Assembly (NCBI GenBank): GCA_012520575.1
Contig: JAAYOB010000018.1
Coordinates: 1,505-65,504, forward strand
From: Candidatus Stramentimicrobium fermentans
Lineage (GTDB): Bacteria; Atribacterota; Phoenicimicrobiia; Phoenicimicrobiales; Stramentimicrobiaceae
Direction: 5' to 3'
DNA: 64,000 bases
In this document: piece by piece, positions 61,139-64,000 of the stretch
How the letters are laid out: each line of letters begins with the position of its first letter
How positions within the stretch are numbered: the first letter of the stretch is position 1
Notes under the pieces: model-generated
What the model was told of the DNA's origin: nothing
Database searches by the model: none
The model's input: the letters and a program-made list of their open reading frames with translations, nothing else
Program-made: the position numbers and the translations under genes

Positions 61139-61984
61139 ATGAGAAAAATTGATGCTATAGAAATTTCAGACAAAGTGAAGAGCCTGTTTTTGGAAGCAAA
61201 TTTTAATATAGGGGAGGATGTTCTGGAGGCATTAGAAAAAGCCTTAAAAGCAGAAACATCTAAAGTGGGACAAGACGCTTTAAAGATGATTATTGAAAAT
61301 AACCGCTTAGCCTCTTCTGAAGAGTTGGCAATATGCCAGGACACCGGACTGGCAGTACTGTTTGTAGAGTTAGGTCAGGAGGTCTGTGTAGTTAATGGCG
61401 ACTTTACTGAAGCAATTAATGAAGGTGTTAAAGCAGCTTATAAGGATGGCTATTTAAGAAAATCGGTAGTAGATGATCCGGTATTTGATAGGAAGAATAC
61501 TACCACCAACACCCCAGCCTTTATCTACACCGACATTGTTCCTGGTGACAAGATTAAGATAACAGCCCTACCTAAAGGTTTTGGCAGTGAGAATATGAGT
61601 GCTTTAGCAATGCTCACCGCAGCTCATGGCGCTAAAGGAATAGTTGATTTCATCGTCGATACTGTTAGAAAAGCAGGTCCTAACCCTTGTCCTCCTACCG
61701 TAGTGGGAGTTGGTATTGGCGGAACAGCCGACAAAGCTATGGTAATAGCCAAAAAGGCAACAGCCCGTTCTATTGGTGAGTATAATGCTAATCCTAAGTA
61801 TGCTCAGATGGAAAAGGAAGCCCTAGAAAGAATTAATAAATTGGGTATAGGTCCAGCTGGTTTAGGCGGTAATACTACATCTTTAGCAGTGCATATTAAT
61901 TATCTGCCTACCCACATTGCCGGTATGCCGGTTGCGGTTAATGTCTGTTGTCATGCTGCACGTCATGCCTATGGAGAAATTTAA
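61139..61984 (+). CDS. Class I (Fe-S) fumarate/tartrate hydro-lyase, alpha (N-terminal catalytic) subunit
   Basis: CQDTG motif (ICQDTGLAVLF) and the conserved Cys in VNVCCHAARHAYGE. Confidence 0.8.
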   Translation: MRKIDAIEISDKVKSLFLEANFNIGEDVLEALEKALKAETSKVGQDALKMIIENNRLASSEELAICQDTGLAVLFVELGQEVCVVNGDFTEAINEGVKAAYKDGYLRKSVVDDPVFDRKNTTTNTPAFIYTDIVPGDKIKITALPKGFGSENMSALAMLTAAHGAKGIVDFIVDTVRKAGPNPCPPTVVGVGIGGTADKAMVIAKKATARSIGEYNANPKYAQMEKEALERINKLGIGPAGLGGNTTSLAVHINYLPTHIAGMPVAVNVCCHAARHAYGEI

Positions 61985-62019
61985 TTTATTAAATACTTGA
62001 TGGAAGGAGTTTTAGAATA

Positions 62020-62577
62020 ATGAGCCAAGAGATTAAAATCACTACCCCGCTGGATGAATCTGCGGTATTAAAGTTAAAAGCCGGTGATTCAGTGAAGATA
62101 ACCGGTTATATCTATACCGGAAGAGATGCTGCCCACAAAAGACTCTTTGAATTAATTAAAGAGGGAAAAGAACTACCAATTACCTTAGAAGGGCAGATAA
62201 TCTACTATGTAGGTCCTGCACCGGCCAAGCCGGACTATGCCTGTGGACCTGCCGGTCCCACAACCAGTTACCGCATGGATTCCTATACCCCCTCTTTATT
62301 GGAGAAGGGGTTGAAAGGAATGATCGGAAAAGGACTAAGGTCCAAAGAAATAATTGATAGCATGAAAAAAAATAAGGCTGTTTATTTTGCAGCAATCGGT
62401 GGAGCTGCCGCCCTAATTTCCCGTACCATTAAAAAATCTGAGGTTATTGCCTACCCCGATTTGGGAGCAGAGGCTATTCATCGCTACTATGTTGAGGATT
62501 TCCCTGCCATTGTCTGTATTGATGCCTTCGGGAACGATCTTTATGAGACCGAACCCCCTAAATATAGAAAAGAATAA
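62020..62577 (+). CDS. Class I fumarate/tartrate hydro-lyase, beta subunit
   Basis: 185 aa, immediately downstream of the alpha subunit; the GRDAAHKRL pattern is typical of the beta chain. Confidence 0.75.
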   Translation: MSQEIKITTPLDESAVLKLKAGDSVKITGYIYTGRDAAHKRLFELIKEGKELPITLEGQIIYYVGPAPAKPDYACGPAGPTTSYRMDSYTPSLLEKGLKGMIGKGLRSKEIIDSMKKNKAVYFAAIGGAAALISRTIKKSEVIAYPDLGAEAIHRYYVEDFPAIVCIDAFGNDLYETEPPKYRKE

Positions 62578-62616
62578 TAAAAATATTAAATATTATATTA
62601 AAGAAGGAGGCAAATT

Positions 62617-63792
62617 ATGAATATCAATGAAAAAGCCCTGAAACTGCACAGTGAAAACAGAGGTAAGATAGAGGTAGTAAGTAAGACTGAAATCAAGGAC
62701 ATGCAGGATCTTGCTGTAGTCTATACCCCGGGAGTAGCTGAACCCTGCCGCAAAATCCATCAGAATAGAGATGATGTCTACACCTATACTACCAAAGGTA
62801 ATATGGTAGCTGTAGTATCTGATGGCACAGCAATACTGGGACTGGGTGATATAGGACCTGAAGCCGCTATTCCGGTTATGGAAGGAAAAGCCGTACTATT
62901 TAAGTATTTTGCCGGAGTAGATGCCTTTCCCATTTGTTTAGATACCAAGGATACCGAAGAGATAATAAAAGCCGTTACCCAGATTGCCCCGGTATTCGGC
63001 GGAATCAACTTAGAGGACATCAGTGCTCCCCGCTGTTTTGAAATAGAAAAGAGATTAAAGGAAACTCTTGATATCCCGGTCTTCCATGATGACCAGCATG
63101 GTACAGCAGTAGTAGTTCTCTCCGGGTTAATCAATGCCCTCAAAGTTGCTAAAAAGAAGATGGAAGAAGCAAAGATAGTGGTAAATGGTGCCGGTGCTGC
63201 CTCCATCGCTGTTACTAAATTTCTATTCTCTGCCGGTGCAGAGCATGTCATTCTCTGTGACTCCAAGGGTGCTATCTATGAGGGACGTAGTGAAAATATG
63301 AACTCAGCCAAAGAGGAGATGGCAAAAATTACTAACAAAGATTTACTGAAAGGAACTTTAGCCGATGCCTTAGTAGGTGCTGATGTGTTTATAGGATTAT
63401 CCGGTCCTAATTTGGTTACCAAAGAGATGGTAAAGACTATGGCGCATGATCCCATCATCTTTGCCATGGCTAACCCCATTCCGGAAATATTGCCTGATGA
63501 AGCCAAAGCCGGTGGTGCCCGTATCATCGCTACCGGCCGGTCTGACTTTCCCAACCAGGTGAACAACTGTCTCGGATTTCCAGCACTCTTTAAAGGTGCC
63601 CTGCAAGTGAGAGCATCTGAAATCAATGAAGAGATGAAATTAGCAGCAGCCCATGCCATTGCCTCCGTTATTCCGGATAGTGAATTAAGTGAGAATAACA
63701 TTATTCCCAATGTCTTTCATCCTGAGGTGATGAAGAAAGAGGCAGAAGCAGTAGCTCAGGCAGCACGTGATACCGGAGTAGCTAGAATATAA
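62617..63792 (+). CDS. NAD(P)-dependent malic enzyme (short form, oxaloacetate-decarboxylating malate dehydrogenase)
   Basis: VYTPGVAEPC N-terminal motif, Rossmann GAGAA motif, 391 aa. Confidence 0.8.
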   Translation: MNINEKALKLHSENRGKIEVVSKTEIKDMQDLAVVYTPGVAEPCRKIHQNRDDVYTYTTKGNMVAVVSDGTAILGLGDIGPEAAIPVMEGKAVLFKYFAGVDAFPICLDTKDTEEIIKAVTQIAPVFGGINLEDISAPRCFEIEKRLKETLDIPVFHDDQHGTAVVVLSGLINALKVAKKKMEEAKIVVNGAGAASIAVTKFLFSAGAEHVILCDSKGAIYEGRSENMNSAKEEMAKITNKDLLKGTLADALVGADVFIGLSGPNLVTKEMVKTMAHDPIIFAMANPIPEILPDEAKAGGARIIATGRSDFPNQVNNCLGFPALFKGALQVRASEINEEMKLAAAHAIASVIPDSELSENNIIPNVFHPEVMKKEAEAVAQAARDTGVARI

Positions 63793-63816
63793 GGATACAG
63801 GTTTGAATCAACAAAT

Positions 63817-63847
63817 AATCCCCACCTTTAAGGGGAGGGTGGGGATT
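63817..63847 (+). terminator. Terminator-like hairpin (aatccccacc...ggtggggatt) downstream of malic enzyme
   Basis: 10-bp GC-rich stem; the following T-run is weak. Confidence 0.4.
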
Positions 63848-63967
63848 ACAATCTGTTTTGGATTACTTAAACAGTCTTATTTTGGTATCCAGTCTAATTA
63901 ATATTACACTGCACGGATTGAGTTTCTAAAAATATAGAATTATAACAATAGAATTAAGGAGATAAAA

Positions 63968-64000
63968 ATGGCAAACTATCGTATTGAAGAAGATTTATTG
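63968..64000 (+). CDS. 5' end of a gene continuing beyond the window; the MANYRIEEDLL N-terminus is typical of aspartate ammonia-lyase / class II fumarase
   Basis: AAGGAG RBS at 63955-63960, 7 nt upstream of the ATG. Only 11 codons visible. Confidence 0.35.
   Translation, partial: MANYRIEEDLL

Noticed and set aside
62784-63710. Two long minus-strand ORFs (160 and 144 aa) inside the malic enzyme gene
   Set aside because: Antisense shadow ORFs of a high-confidence gene. Ala/Ser/Pro-rich composition, no RBS.
1-64000. CRISPR arrays, rRNA genes, intact IS elements or phage integrases
   Set aside because: No regularly spaced direct repeats and no rRNA-like conserved blocks. The only transposase-like sequences are frame-broken remnants at 19.5-20.0 kb and 21.6-22.3 kb.

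Overview
The window is a low-GC (about 35-40%) bacterial chromosomal segment. It is densely coded with anaerobe-type housekeeping genes, mostly on the + strand.

Genes identified from motifs in the ORF translations, in order: AlaX-type alanyl-tRNA editing protein, M48 peptidase, SNF-family Na+-dependent transporter, acylphosphatase, a CcdA/thioredoxin-like lipoprotein pair, a PP-loop ATPase, HtrA protease, a PAS sensor kinase with a sigma-54 (NtrC-type) response regulator, CoaX, GuaB, a membrane dipeptidase, an ECF S-component, an FmdB zinc-ribbon protein, DapA, a TRAP transporter (DctPQM) with a 2-hydroxyacid dehydrogenase, a PAS-GGDEF-HD-GYP protein, a MacB/FtsX-type ABC exporter with two permeases and a LolA-like protein, threonine aldolase, a DUF1538-DUF1538-PII triad, glutaminyl cyclase, an MsbA-like exporter, PlsX, MntP, a PEGA-caspase lipoprotein, Nfo, a YhaM-like HD exoribonuclease, TldD/TldE, cobCTUS, carbamate kinase plus PyrB, a Liv ABC system, a decayed amidohydrolase, class-I fumarase alpha and beta, and malic enzyme.

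One tRNA-Leu(CAG) lies on the minus strand. No CRISPR array, rRNA or intact mobile element was found.

The most unusual segment is 19.45-27.3 kb. The TRAP/dehydrogenase genes there are visibly more AT-rich than the core genes, are interrupted and flanked by two diverged remnants of the same transposase-like gene, and are followed by about 1.3 kb with no ORF of 60 aa or more on either strand.

Other points worth follow-up are a near-consensus sigma-54 promoter upstream of htrA next to a sigma-54-dependent two-component system, two promoter-plus-terminator units with no ORF (candidate sRNAs), and a lipoprotein combining a PEGA domain with a caspase (C14) domain.

All calls rest on motif recognition by eye. 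No database search was run.
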